This document shows positions 45,316-64,000 of a DNA stretch of 64,000 bases, one piece after another (positions within the stretch are counted from its first letter, which is position 1; each line of letters begins with the position of its first letter). The position numbers were made by a program, and so were the translations under genes. Under the pieces are notes generated by a model. The model saw nothing but the letters and a program-made list of their open reading frames with translations, had not been told where the DNA came from and searched no databases. The stretch lies in assembly GCA_004431415.1 (NCBI GenBank), contig QPMI01000226.1:1-64000 (forward strand). Direction: 5' to 3'. Origin of the DNA: Cyanophora paradoxa CCMP329 (lineage: Eukaryota; Plantae; Glaucophyta).

Positions 45316-47127
45316 ATGATCCGCGCCGTCCTCTTCGCCGATGGGGGCGCCGCGGGCTTCTTCCAGGACGGCACAGCGCTCGTGCTGGATAGCCGCATGC
45401 ACTGGGCGCTCGTGGTCGGGCCCGACGGGTCCGAGTACCGAGCGCTAGCTCAGCACTGCGCGGAGTCGCTGGCGCCCAAGCTCGCGGCGGTGCTGGCGTT
45501 CCGCAACCGGCACTCCGAGCGCCCGCCCGTTATCTACACTCGCTTCGTCGACGCGGGCGCCGCCTTCGAGCTCGTGGGAGAGCACACTCATGCCTGGTGC
45601 GGGGCGCTTACGAAGTCGAGCTGCTTGAGCTTAGCTAAGCGCGTCGCGCAGCTGGGGGGAGGCGCCCGAGGAGGCGGAGGCGGAGCGCGTGGAGGACGGC
45701 AGCTGGAGCGTGCGCTCGCAGGAGGCGCTCGCCTCCCTGACCCTCTCGGCGAACCGCAAGGCGCGCGCCCCCGTTCTGCGCCGGCCCGCCGCGCCCCTGA
45801 CGGCCCTCCGCAGCTTGTCCACGTCCGGTGCAGTCGCCCGGGCGAGCCGCTCGGCGGGACTCGCAGCTGACGGGGGGCGCGCGGCAGGTGGCCCGCGCTG
45901 ACGGCGGCGTCGCGGGGGCGCCACGCCGCGCAGTACCTGTGGCAGGAGCAGGTGCCGCGCCGCCCCCTCCTGCCCGCTGCAGTCGGCCAGCGCCGAGAGA
46001 GCGACAGGTCTTCCCACTGGAGTCGCTGCCGGAGTGCTGGGCGCACCCCGCGCGGCTCGCCCTCCTCGCCGCTGGGGCGCCCGTCCCGCCCGCGCTCGAG
46101 GCGGGGGCGGCGAGGGCGGAGCGCATCGCCACGTCGACTGTGCTGACGGAGCTGCCGCGGGCGGCGAGCGGCGGGCCGCCGGCCCCCCCGAACTTCCCCT
46201 CGGCGGCCTCGATCGCCGTGCTTCAGCCGCCGCGCCGGGCCCCGCGGGAGGGCGCCGAGGCGGAGCTCGGCCTGCCGCCGCACCCGCCCGTGCTCGTGGA
46301 CTGGACCCCTGAGGCGACCTTCTGGTACCTGCCCGCCACCGGCGCCGCCCTCGTGCGCCCCGCCCCGCCGCCCGTGCACCCGCTGCGGCGCCGCTGACGG
46401 CGGCAGGCGCTGCTGGCGGGCGGCGGCGGGTGCGTCGAGGCGACGCCGTGCGGTGGCTTCGTGCAGCTGCTGCGCCCCGGCGGCGAGCCGGCCCTCTTCG
46501 CCGCCGGCGCGGCGCCCCCGCACGCCGCCGCCGCCGCCCGCCGCCTCCTCACATTCCGCCGCGCCTGCGCCCTCGCCTGGAGCGTCGTCCCCGCGCCCGC
46601 CCCGGCGCCCCCGAGCGCCCCGCCGCTGCCGCCGGTGCGCTGCGCGCTTGCGCCGGGGCGCCGGCCGGGGCGCGACCGACGGGGCGGGGTCGTGGCTTGG
46701 CGGCGGCCAGGTGTCCGGGAGGTGGCGGAGGAGGTGGAGGTGGAGGGGGTGGGGCGGCTGGTGGCGTACCGGGACGGGCGGGTGCGGGGGCGCTTCCTAG
46801 ACCGCACCCTCCTCTCGATGGCCCCCGACGGCGCCTGCGAGCTCGTCCTCCCCGACGGCCGCGCCCTCCGCGCCCACGCCGCCCGGCCCTCGACGCCCAC
46901 CCGTGCGCCCCCCGCCCCCGCCCCGCCCCTTGGCCGCTTTGCCGACGGGGCGCAGGTACGCGACGATCGCACGCGAGTTCGCCGAGTGGGCGGCGCTGCC
47001 CCCGCACGCCCGCGCCGAGCGCGAGGCGGCCCGCGAGGCGGCCCGCCGCGCTGTCGCCGCCGAGCTCGGCAAGATCGAGCGCTTCATAGAGATAGGCAGG
47101 ATAGCGAGGGGCGCCCTCGCCAGCTAG
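45316..47127 (+). CDS. C5orf34-like (DUF4524/DUF4520) protein
   Basis: N-terminal AVLFADG...FQDGTALVL and C-terminal GVGRLVAYRDGRVRGRFLDRTLL...PDG patterns; multi-exon. Confidence 0.6.
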
Positions 47128-47133
47128 CGCCCC

Positions 47134-48143
47134 CTACATCATCCTGAATGAGCTGGGCGGCGAGGGGTTCGGCGCCGGCGAGGTCCTGCGCACGAGGGCC
47201 CGCGGCGCTCAGGGGGACCCGAGGGCGGGGCTGGGCGGGGCGGGGCGGGGGCGGACATGGCGGCATCGAGGCGGGACTGCAGGTCGATGATCTGCTTCAG
47301 CAGGAGCTCGGCCTTGACCTGCGGCTGCCGGGTTGGCCCGGCGCGCGTGCCGAGAAGGCGGATGGGCGGGGGCGCCTGCACCTTGAAGCCCGACGTCCCG
47401 TACAGCAGCCGGTCTGCCCGCGCGTCAGCGTCAGGATTCATCCGCAACGAGGGACCGGGAGCCCCACCTAGCTGCTCGCGCTTGTTTTCGTAGAGCCTGG
47501 ATACTATTCGAGAAGGGGAGGCGGGGGAGAAGGAAGGCAGCTGAATTGCAGCCGAGGACGTCGGCGGGGCCATCGATAATGTGGATCTTGCTGCGCCGTA
47601 GTACGACGCGGGAGCGAGCGTTCCCAGCAGGCCGGAAGCCGGCGCGTATGAGATCGAGGCTGGTTTGTAAGCGACGGAGGCTGGCGCGTGGGAGGTCGAG
47701 GCTGGTGCGTGGGAGGTGGAGGCCGGCGCGTACACGGCACTGAATGGCGCGTGCAACGTCGATGCTGGCGCGTACGTGGACGATGCTGGCGTGGAAGAGG
47801 CCGGCGTGGACGCAGCCGATGCGGCTCCGTCGTTCAGAATTGGATTGCCAGCTGCAGCAGCCGCAACGCTCGCCCTGCTGCTCTCCGCAGCGATCGTCCT
47901 CTGCATCACCGTAACATTGCTCTTTACTACGGAAACGACGCTCGGCGGCGCTGTCGGGCCTAGCACGGCCTGCGGGACCGTGTAGTCATCGATGCTGCGC
48001 TCTACGATTCTATCGTCGAAGCGGACGGAGGCTGGCACGTTCAGTGGCTTCGGCGGGCTCCTCTCGAATATCGCCGCCGTCACGTTGTCGCCGTCTCCCT
48101 CCAGCGTACGCGTTATGTCGGCGAGAAGCGCCGCGCTCGACAT
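47134..48143 (-). CDS. Hypothetical low-complexity protein with APAS heptad repeats
   Basis: Long ORF from ATG 48143 with YAPASTSHAPASTSHAPAS repeats; probable terminal intron. Confidence 0.65.
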
Positions 48144-48489
48144 GCGGTGCCGCTAGTAGCCTCAGATAGGCTGTGTGATAGCCTGAGCTAGACTGTGATC
48201 GCTAGGGCCGGCGGCGGCGCTGAGCTCGTGGCCTCGTGCTTAACACCGCCCGTTGAGGCTCGTTGTACCCCCCCAGTTGCCCTGGCTAGGCCGGCCCCTA
48301 GCGCTGTGTCGCCGCTGAACTAAGCAGCTCCCCGGACTGCGGACGTTGCTTCGAGCTATAGATTGGGCAACAGCTCGGGCGTGCGCCGGCGCCGTGCGCG
48401 AGCTCAGCCATTTAGCTGGTCCGAGGCATCGAGTCAGGCTGCCTCAGCCAGCGCGATTGAAACTTTAGTGGTCGCACAAAGCTGCATTC

Positions 48490-51400
48490 ATGGCGCCACG
48501 ATCAGCGAGCGCCATCGTCGGGGGCCTGGTTGCAGCATTCGTCGCGAGCTTGGTCCTCGGCGCGGCCTCAGCCGCGACCGAATCGAAGGCGCTGGGAATG
48601 AAGGTGCTGAAGCCAGATGCTGGAACAATCTACTATTACGTGCGCACGCACGCCCCTCGCCGGCTGCTGGAAAGCCTCTCGCCGATAGCACATGACGCAG
48701 GGATCGACGTATGTGATCCAATGGGCGTCTCCAGGTTAGTTCACTGGCTAGCAATCGCAGACAAATTCAGGCTATATGCTGACGCTCCGCCGCCTGCCGG
48801 GTCTTTAGGGGTCTCTTATGTCGGTGCGTGACCCCCGAGTCGAGCCTCGCCGGCTGCGGTGTGACTTCCGCGCGCTGCGGGGCAGACATCGCGGCGATCC
48901 AAATGTACAGCGTGTGGAGCGCGACGATAAACATTGTCGAGAATCTGCCCGACACACAGGGCGCCTTCCCCTGGGTCCGCCCGCCGCCCCGGATAGTCGA
49001 TCCCGATTCGCAACGGCGCCCTGCTGATCGTGAGAGGCGCCTCAGACCGTGCCCACCAACAACCCGAGCCTCGCGAGGTGCGGCCGCGCCTCCCGCCTCC
49101 TCCGCGAGTGCGCGTCGCCTGATCGTGGTCGCCCCGCGCAGCGGCTGGTACTCGTGCGCACGCTTCCCTGTCTCCCGCTCCCTTGCTCGCCCTGGGCGGG
49201 CTCGCCCTGAGCGGCGGGCCCGCCTGGCAGGATCCGGGTGCGGGGCTCGCAGAACGGGTGGGTCAGCGACTCGAGCGCCTACTTCCAGATCACGGCGCCC
49301 AGCATCTCCGCCCTCCCCGTCCCCTCAACCGCCGTCGTCGCCGCCCCCTTTCCCATCGGTGCCGGCCGCCCCGGGCCCCGCTCCCCGCCGCACCCCGCGC
49401 CCGCCGACGCGCCGCACCGGCAGCGTGGAGCGGGGCCGGGGACTACCCCGTCGTCGTGGCCACTCTGCAGGTGCGGGACCCGGGGCCCCGTGCCGCGCGC
49501 GCGCGCCGGCGTGGGGCCCGACGGGCGGCTGCAGCGCGAGGAGAACGGGGCCTGGGTGGATGATCGGGTGATTTCGGCGGCGGTGCCCAACACACAGGTG
49601 CCGAAGAGATGATGTCCTCTTGCGTTGCGTCCGAGGCGACTCGAAACGCTTTGCGACCAGATGTACGCCTGGATGGTCCCCAGCGACCTGCAGGCCCGCC
49701 GCAAGTACCGCGTCAGGTAACCCCGCCTCCCCAACGCCCGAAGTCGGCTCGGCAACTAGCGCGCGAAGAGATCCTCCGCTGGGCTCCCTGTGCTGACGTG
49801 CCCCCCGCGGGGGGGGGCGCGCAGCCTCTCGCCGGGGACGTACCCGGGGGCGAGCTCGGCGACGGGGCCCTTCACGGTGAGCGCGGGGGAGGTGCAGGCG
49901 TCGATCAGCGGGGCGGGCTACTCCGGGGGCCCCCTGCTACCCTCCAAGGAGTACACCGTCGAGTGGAGCTCCCGCGGCACCGTCACCTCCGTCGTCATCA
50001 CCCTCACCTGTGCGCGAGCCCCCTCTTCTAATCCAGCCGCCCAGCCGCGGCGCCTAGGGGTGCGGGCGGCGGGGTGACGGGCGAGGGGGCGGCAGTCGGG
50101 ACGCGGACGCTGGAGATCGCGTCGGGCGGGCCCAGGGGCTCCGCCTCCTTCACCGTCCCCGCCGGCGCCAGCGGCGAGGCCCAGCTCGTGCCCCCGCCCC
50201 TGCCCCGCCCCGCCCCGCCCGCCCCGCCAGCGCCCCCGCCGCTCACCCGCGGGGCGCAGTCGGTGTGCTCGCCGGACTGCAAGACGCAGGCGGCGGGGCG
50301 GGAGGAGGCGCCGGCGGGGGAGAGCGTGAGCGTGGTGGCCCCCGCGAGCCTCACCATCCTCCCCGCCGTCGTCGTCATCACCGCCCCCGACCCCGGCACC
50401 GTCGTCCGGCCCCGGGACACCCTCGAGGCTCGCCCTCCCCCTCCAGTCCCCTTTCCCCCCGCGGGCGGCGGGGGGTGACGGGGCGGGGCGGGCGGCAGGT
50501 GCGGTGGACGTCGACGGCGGTGCTGGGCGCCGTGGACATCGGCATCCTGCCGGAGGGGGCGGGGCCGACGGCCGCCTTCGCCCGCACCCTCGCGAGCGGG
50601 CTCGCCGCCGCCGGCACGCAGGGCTCCTTCGCCTGGTCGGTCCCCGAGGACGCCCCCGCGCAGGCCGCCGCCCGCCTCGCGGTGCGCGCCGCCGCCGCCC
50701 CGCCGTCGTCGGCGCCGTCCCCATCTCCATCGGCGAGCCCCACAAGGTGCCCTCTCCGCTGCTGCCTTCTCATCGCCCCTCCCGCCGCGGCCCTCGACGC
50801 GTCTGCCGGCGCAGGGGCTCGACGTGGGCACGCTGGCCGGCGCCGTCGGCGGTTCGGTGGGCGGCGCCCTCGTTGTGGCGGCGGTCGCGGGGGGCGCCTT
50901 CTGGGGCTACCGGCGGATGCGGCGGCGGCGGAACGAGCGGGTGGCGCCGGCCCCCGCCGGCAAGGGCGGGGGCGTTGTGCCCGTCAAGTCGGCCCGCGCC
51001 TCCATCGCCACCGCCACGCTCTCCATCGCCGGCGAGAGTGCGCCCCGCCCCGCCCCGCGCGCCCCGCGCCCCCGGCCTGCCCCGCTGAGGGCCCCGCCGC
51101 GTGCGCGCGCAGTCCGCAAGCCCAGCATGGTGGTGGAGGCCCCCGCGCAGGCCCTGCCCCAGCACGTCGCCGCCCGACCCTCGGTCCGCCCCGCCCCGCC
51201 CCCGCCCGTGCTGCGGCGCCGCTGAGGGGCGCGGGGCAGGGCACTTCGCGCTGCCGGCGGAGGGGCCGGGGCGGAGGCGGGGCCGGGGCGGGGCGGGGCG
51301 GCGGGGCGGGAGCAGCGGACGCGGGCCTTCCTGCCGGCCTCCTTCTCTGCTGGCGGGGCCTGCTGGGGGACGCCAGCGCCGGGGAAGGGCGGCGCGGGAC

Positions 51401-51515
51401 CCCGGAGCCCGAGCGCGAGCGTAACGCCAGCATGCGCCGCCGCCAGCAGAGCATGCGCGACGCCCGCCCCGCCGCCCCCGACGCCGCCCCCGCCCCGCTC
51501 CGCAACGACCCCTGA
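48490..51515 (+). CDS. Type I membrane protein with repeated Kre9/KNH-like Ig domains
   Basis: Signal peptide; repeated P..G..Y.(I/V).W and Y/FAW.VP..L motifs; TM VGGALVVAAVAGGAFWGY followed by RRMRRRR. Confidence 0.7.
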
Positions 51516-51851
51516 CCCGCCCCGCCCCCGCCGCCCCGCCCCGGCGGCCTTCTAGATATATTTAAATTAACTAGTAAGTTATAGCTTCGGGTGTTTACGC
51601 TCCTTTGTTCATCTCCCCCGCTCCCTCTCCGCCCCCGCCGCGGCCAGTGGCCGGCCCCCTTGGTGACTGCAAGAGGGCCGCGCGGCCGTCGCCCTCGCGA
51701 TCGGCATGGGTCGGCTCTTTCAAAGTAGAGCTAGTGCTGCTTTCAAAGTAGAATTTCATGTGCTGCGGGCGCGACCCTTCATTCAAGCACATCGCGCGCC
51801 CTGCCAGGCGGCCCTCTGAGCTCGTGCACGTGGCGCCAGCGCCCCGGCCCT

Positions 51852-52520
51852 CTAGGTGGTGGCCTTGCCCCCGTGCTCGCCCTTCGCCTTCCCCTGCGAG
51901 CCGCCGCGCCAAGTGAGCGCGCCGCGGCACGCGCTGGGGGCGGGGAGGGCACGAGAGAGGCGGCCGGCTTGTCGGGGGCGGCGGGCGCCTTGGTGGGAGC
52001 CGGCTGCTGCTTGCTGGAGACGGGGAGCGGCTTGGGCCGCGTCTTGAAGATGTACTTGCGGCGGAGGACGCCCACCACCTCGTACTCGACGTCGCCGGCC
52101 CCGCGCGCCGCCTCTCCCGCCCTGCCCTCCGCTTCCCGCAGAGGCGCGTCCGGAGCCGGCGACGCATCCTCGCCCTCCGCGCACTCTCGCCTTCGCTTGT
52201 GAAGGATGGCGAGCGGCTTCTTCAGCTCGACCTCGCGGCCCTCGATTTTGTGGTTGCCGAAGTACAAAACGGGCGTCCCCTGCGCGCTCACGCTCAGCTT
52301 AATACAGAGCGCCGCAATTGCCGATCGAGCGTGCCTTCCCCTCCATCGCCATCGTGCAGAACTTCAGGCCGTCCGGGTTCACCCCTTCTTCGCACTCCAG
52401 CTCGCCTGCGCCGGGTCGGCGCTACACGAGCTCGTATCGCAGCTACAGACCTTGCAGCTCAATGCCGCCCCACTCCATCGGGTCCTGGCTGCCCGGGCAG
52501 CGGACTGGGATGAGCGGCAT
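51852..52520 (-). CDS. CTF8: Chromosome transmission fidelity protein 8
   Basis: EWGGIELQG, PVLYFGNHKIEGREVELKKPLAIL, VLRRKYIFKTRPKP. Confidence 0.9.
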
Positions 52521-53173
52521 CGCGCTGATCCCCTGCAAAGCGCTCGATCTGCGCTCTTTTTGAGCTCAGGTGCTCCGCTTCAGGCTATCGCTGACGGCGA
52601 ATTTCGAAGTCCAGCGCTCCCGCCCAATCTGTTTCCACTTACCCCCCTGGGGAAAAAAGATTAGGCGGCGGCAAGAGCAGCAGCAGCAAACGAGAAGCGA
52701 GGCCGCGCGCTGAAACACCAGACTATCTTGGTAAGCCCATTCACAAGCTCGCCCACGCTCGTGGGGTCTCGGTGCCGGTGCTCGGTCTCCCACGGCTAGC
52801 CCGGCGCGCCGGCAGCGCTTTTCGAGAGCTGCTCTTCGCATCTCGTCCCCCGCTCGTCGCCAGCCTCCGGAGGCGCGGGCGCCGCGCTTCCGACCGGTCC
52901 TCTGCACACCTTCGAGTCCTGATTGATCCTAGAGCCTCGTTTTCTGCTCTAACGCACGCATCCCTAGCACCGCTCCGCCCGCCGGAAAGCGAATGGCAGG
53001 AGCAATCTCTAAGCGCTCGCGTATTCCACCGCGGAGAAGCCCGCCGGGCGTGAAGAAGCTCGTTGCAGAGCGTCGTTCTCCTTCTTAGCTGTTCCCGCGT
53101 CGCCGATTCGGTCAGCTTAGCTGACCGGAGTCCTTCCAGGTCTTGGCGCGGTTCGCGCACGCCGCTTCGCACG

Positions 53174-60505
<7,332 letters not shown>

Positions 60506-60847
60506 CGCCCGCGACGTCCACCCCCGTCCTCTCCCCTCCCCAGGCTCCCCTCCACCACCACGGTGCCCACCCTGTATTGCGTATGCACACTGCAGTCGCC
60601 GCGAGTCTCGTATGTGTTACGTTCTGTCCCGACTCCGGAATTTTAAACTCGTAAAGAAATCAAATGCAAGCTTCGAGCTTTAATTGATTTCATGCCATGA
60701 TGGGCACTGTTTCATGCGCACTAGTACTGCACACAGTGGCACTTAAAAAGCTTGTCGATCCACGGCCCCCGCCCCGGCGCCGGACTGCAAGCTTAAGCCG
60801 GGGTCGGCCTCTCATGTTAGCTATGCGCATGCAATGATGCCATGATA

Positions 60848-61878
60848 TTGGAAACGGGGTAGGGCCCCCGTTTTCGGTAACTTACAAAATGACGGTCCTG
60901 CTCATGTCCCGATCCAGCTCCGAGCTCTTAACCGAGTGTTGGTGCATGCATGAGAGCCCGGAATCCGTTGTCAGAACCCGGAAAGAGCGGAATGCTGCTC
61001 GGAAAAAAGGACCAGACCCTTTCCTGGACTATCCCTTGCAGCGCCTGATCCTGTGGTCGTATAGGGGCCGGACCAAGTGCATAAGAAAGCTCTTGCAATG
61101 CTCGGCAGCGCTTGTCATACATGCCAGAGCTCGGGAAGCAGCGCGTGGCGCGCTAGGCCGCATCAAGTACCTGCTGTACCGAACGCGGAAAAAAAGAGCT
61201 CCTGAGAGTTGGAGGCGATATCATGTTGCAGTACCCGTGCGTAAGCCGGCGTGCTAGCCGACAGGCTCGCTAGCTGGCCAGCGTAGCTAGGTGAGCTCCG
61301 GCGCCGGCTAGCGGCTTGCAGGACTTAGGCGCGCGCCGCGGCGCTGGCGCCGCGGCCGCCCCGGGCCAGCCTGGCAGCTGCAGGCGGTACGGTTGCCGGC
61401 GCTGGCCGCCTCAGGCCGGCGCCGGCGCCCGCGGCCGGTCAGTGCGGTCGACGTCATGCATATGCTACTAGCCGCTGAGCCACTGTGACAGGCTACACGT
61501 GCAGCTGCATGCGCATCATGGCATGCGCACATGCGCATGCGCTATCCTAGTATGCACGCGCCGGCGCGCGGCAGCCGCATGCCGCAGTGCGCCGCGGCGC
61601 ATGCATGATCATGAGGTGAGCTCCGGATCCGCACTGCGGCAGCTGCGCATGCCGATGACGAGCTTGATCATGAGCTGATGCGCGCGCGCATGCGCAGCTG
61701 CAGCCGCCGCAGTGCAGCTGCCGATGGCGAGCTAGCGGCGTAGCGCTCGCCGAGTCGACTCGGCGAGCACCCAATTGCAACTAGCTCGACCTACGGGTCA
61801 CCTACCCCGTTTCCAACCGGCGGCCGGCCGCGGCCAGTCAGAGGCTCAGAGCCCGAGCAGAGGCCGCCGCGTGCTAGT
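60848..61878 (+). mobile_element. Non-autonomous Helitron2/Helentron-like element, copy 2
   Basis: TTGGAAACGGGGTAGG at 60848, reverse complement at 61801-61816, shared tail to CTAGT at 61878; collinear with copy 1. Confidence 0.7.
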
Positions 61879-62135
61879 CGATATGGATGGACGTCGACGT
61901 CGACTTGCAATTGCGCGCTTGCGATCAGCGGCCGCCGGGCCCTAAGGAGCGACACCTAAGGAGCGATAAGCGGCGCATCGTTTGTTGCGCTTCCGTGCGA
62001 CGTCGACTAGTACTGCGCTTCCGGACGACGTCGACAAGCTACAGCGCAGCACAGTCTGATAATCCTGTACCCGGGCACTAACCGCCAGTGCCGTCACGAA
62101 GTGTGCACGACGTGCTGGGAGGCTTAAACAGCGAG

Positions 62136-64000
62136 ATGGACGGAAGCGGCGGCACCGCTCCTGTAACCCCTGAGCGACCTGGGGCACCGAGCGAGCTCCA
62201 GGACAGCTTCAACTTCGGTTCGTTTGCGCCCGACGCGGCGGCTTCGCGGACTGAGCCGGTTGCAGGCTCCTTCTTTGCAGCGGGAAGCGCAAGCGAGGGT
62301 CGCGGCCGCAGCCTGAAGGGCGAGCTTCATGACATTTTCTTGGCGTACGCGTCACGCGGCGAGCGCGCAGCGGAGCCCCGCCTTGGCCTTCGAAACTGGA
62401 CTCGCTTTGCGGAAGACTGTTGCATCGTCGGGGGCGGAGATCCCGGCCTGGCACCTGCGGAGGTCGACCTGGTGTTTGCGAAGGTATACGTAGCGCCCCA
62501 TCGCCCTGTGCCGATCGAAGGCTGCTGAGCGCGCAATAGGTGGTTGGACGGCGGCAGGACTCGGCGAATGCGGGCCGCCTCTCCTTCAGCTCGTTTTGCA
62601 GGGCGCTGGGGATGCTCGCGGTGAAGGTCTTCTGCGACCGCATGTCCCCGCCGGAGGCACTCGCGGAGTTGTTGGGGCGTCATGTATTGCCGCTCGCGGC
62701 GCGCAAGCTCCTCGATGCGGCGGACGCGCCGACGGCGCTGAGCGGGAGCTTCGCGGAGAGCTTCGCGACGACCCCCGGTGCCCTGGTGCCCTCACTATTG
62801 GACGTGGTGCGCCACCTGAACAGCCGCCCGCGACGAACCCCTTTCTAACGCGGAGAGGGGCAGGACGCGGGGGTGCGAGGGGCGCTTGAGCCGCACGAGG
62901 AGAACCTCTTGCGAGTGTTCGAGCACTTTTCATCGTTGGATGCGGGGGCGTGGGGTCGAGGCCCGGCGCGGGACCCGGCTTCGAGCGACTGGAGCCTCGT
63001 CGCTGCACGGTGCATGGGGTGTGCGCGGGGCGCTGAGGCTGGAGCCGAGCCCTGTGCACGTGCAGGGATGCAACTGTCAGCTGCAGCGAGTTCCTCGCCC
63101 TCGCCGCCCACCTCGGCATCTTCCCAACGCACGTTTCCCGTTCCGGCCTCCTCCGCACCTTCCGCGCTGCCACGGGCGGTGCCGATTTCGCGCCCGACGC
63201 AGGCCTCTCGTTTCCCCAGGTGCGGCATCTCGGCCTGCGCCGGGCCGCCAGAGTGCTGACGCTGGAGCTGCAGTTCCTGGATGCCCTTGCCCGGACGGCG
63301 GTGGACGCCATGTCCCGTGCCCCCTATGCCGCCATGTACCCGTCTCGTGCTGAGAAGGTCCCGCTCGCCATCGCCGTGCTCTTTTCCGCGGGGGGGCCCT
63401 GCGCCAACGCAGTCAGGCAGGTGGCGGGCTTCGTGCGGAGGCTTGGTCTGGACGACCGTGCTGCACTGCACGCCGCTCTCTCCCGGTGAGTCAACTCTCT
63501 TTCGCATCGATAGTACTCCTGGCAGCCCAGTAGCCCAGTCAAAAGTTCATTTCTACAAGGCCTGACTGCGCCACGTCAGCTCTCATAAGAGCGTGGGCGT
63601 TGTCTTCCGTTCCCCACGACGCGGCGCATCCCCCTCGCGATCGCCCCGTCGCTCCCCTTCGCGCGCTGCGACTCCGCGGGAACTCGGGGAATCCTTTGCT
63701 GCTGCTCTCGGCTCCCTCGACGCTGCCAACCCCAACCTCGCGTCCGCCCCCCCCTCGGCTTCCGCCCCTGCGAGCGGCGCCCTCGCCATCATCGACCAGA
63801 GCTACGCCAGCATCGCTGCGGCTGTCTCAGGTGCCCCCCGAACGCGCTGCCCTAAGTCGCGAGTGATGCGGGGCAGGGATGGGGCCCACGCAGTTGGCCT
63901 CTCTCGCCGACGCCGTCAATGCCGCCTCCAGTGCCCGCGATCACCTGCATCGGTGAGCGCGTCGCCTCTTATGCGTCTCCTGCCATGCTTAGTCGCCTCC
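62136..64000 (+). CDS. p25-alpha/TPPP-like (EF-hand-like) domain protein, probably continues beyond the window
   Basis: LHDIFLAYAS...NWTRFAEDC...EVDLVFAK|...RLSFSSFCRAL; further exon-like segments downstream; 3' structure uncertain. Confidence 0.55.

Overview
Intron-rich, very GC-rich eukaryotic nuclear DNA. It is probably from a primary-plastid alga of glaucophyte type, inferred from two Phe-motif plastid transit peptides (MTSFVP, MTAFV) and very dense short introns. The window has two parts. (1) About 1-14.4 kb is a scrambled, mostly intronless, virus-like locus. It holds four pieces of a herpes-UL9-type origin-binding SF2 helicase gene and two YqaJ/lambda-exonuclease genes. It also holds 13 copies of a ~52-bp inverted repeat around an AT-rich core (oriS-like architecture, partly in 89-bp tandem arrays), a cluster of small membrane-protein ORFs and two orphan ORFs. 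This candidate helicase + origin + recombinase replicon is the main finding. (2) About 15-64 kb is compact host genome: AsnRS, DUF1499 lumen protein, ankyrin protein, a giant fibre-like repeat protein, ubiquilin, CYTH/TTM RNA triphosphatase, Mpv17, ecdysoneless, C5orf34-like, a Kre9-Ig membrane protein, Ctf8, CHD1 and a p25-alpha-like protein, plus two copies of a non-autonomous Helitron2/Helentron-like element. Host genes show frequent GC-AG introns and a G-to-C skew oscillation locked to exon/intron boundaries. All family calls are from motif recognition by eye, and exon boundaries are manual and approximate.
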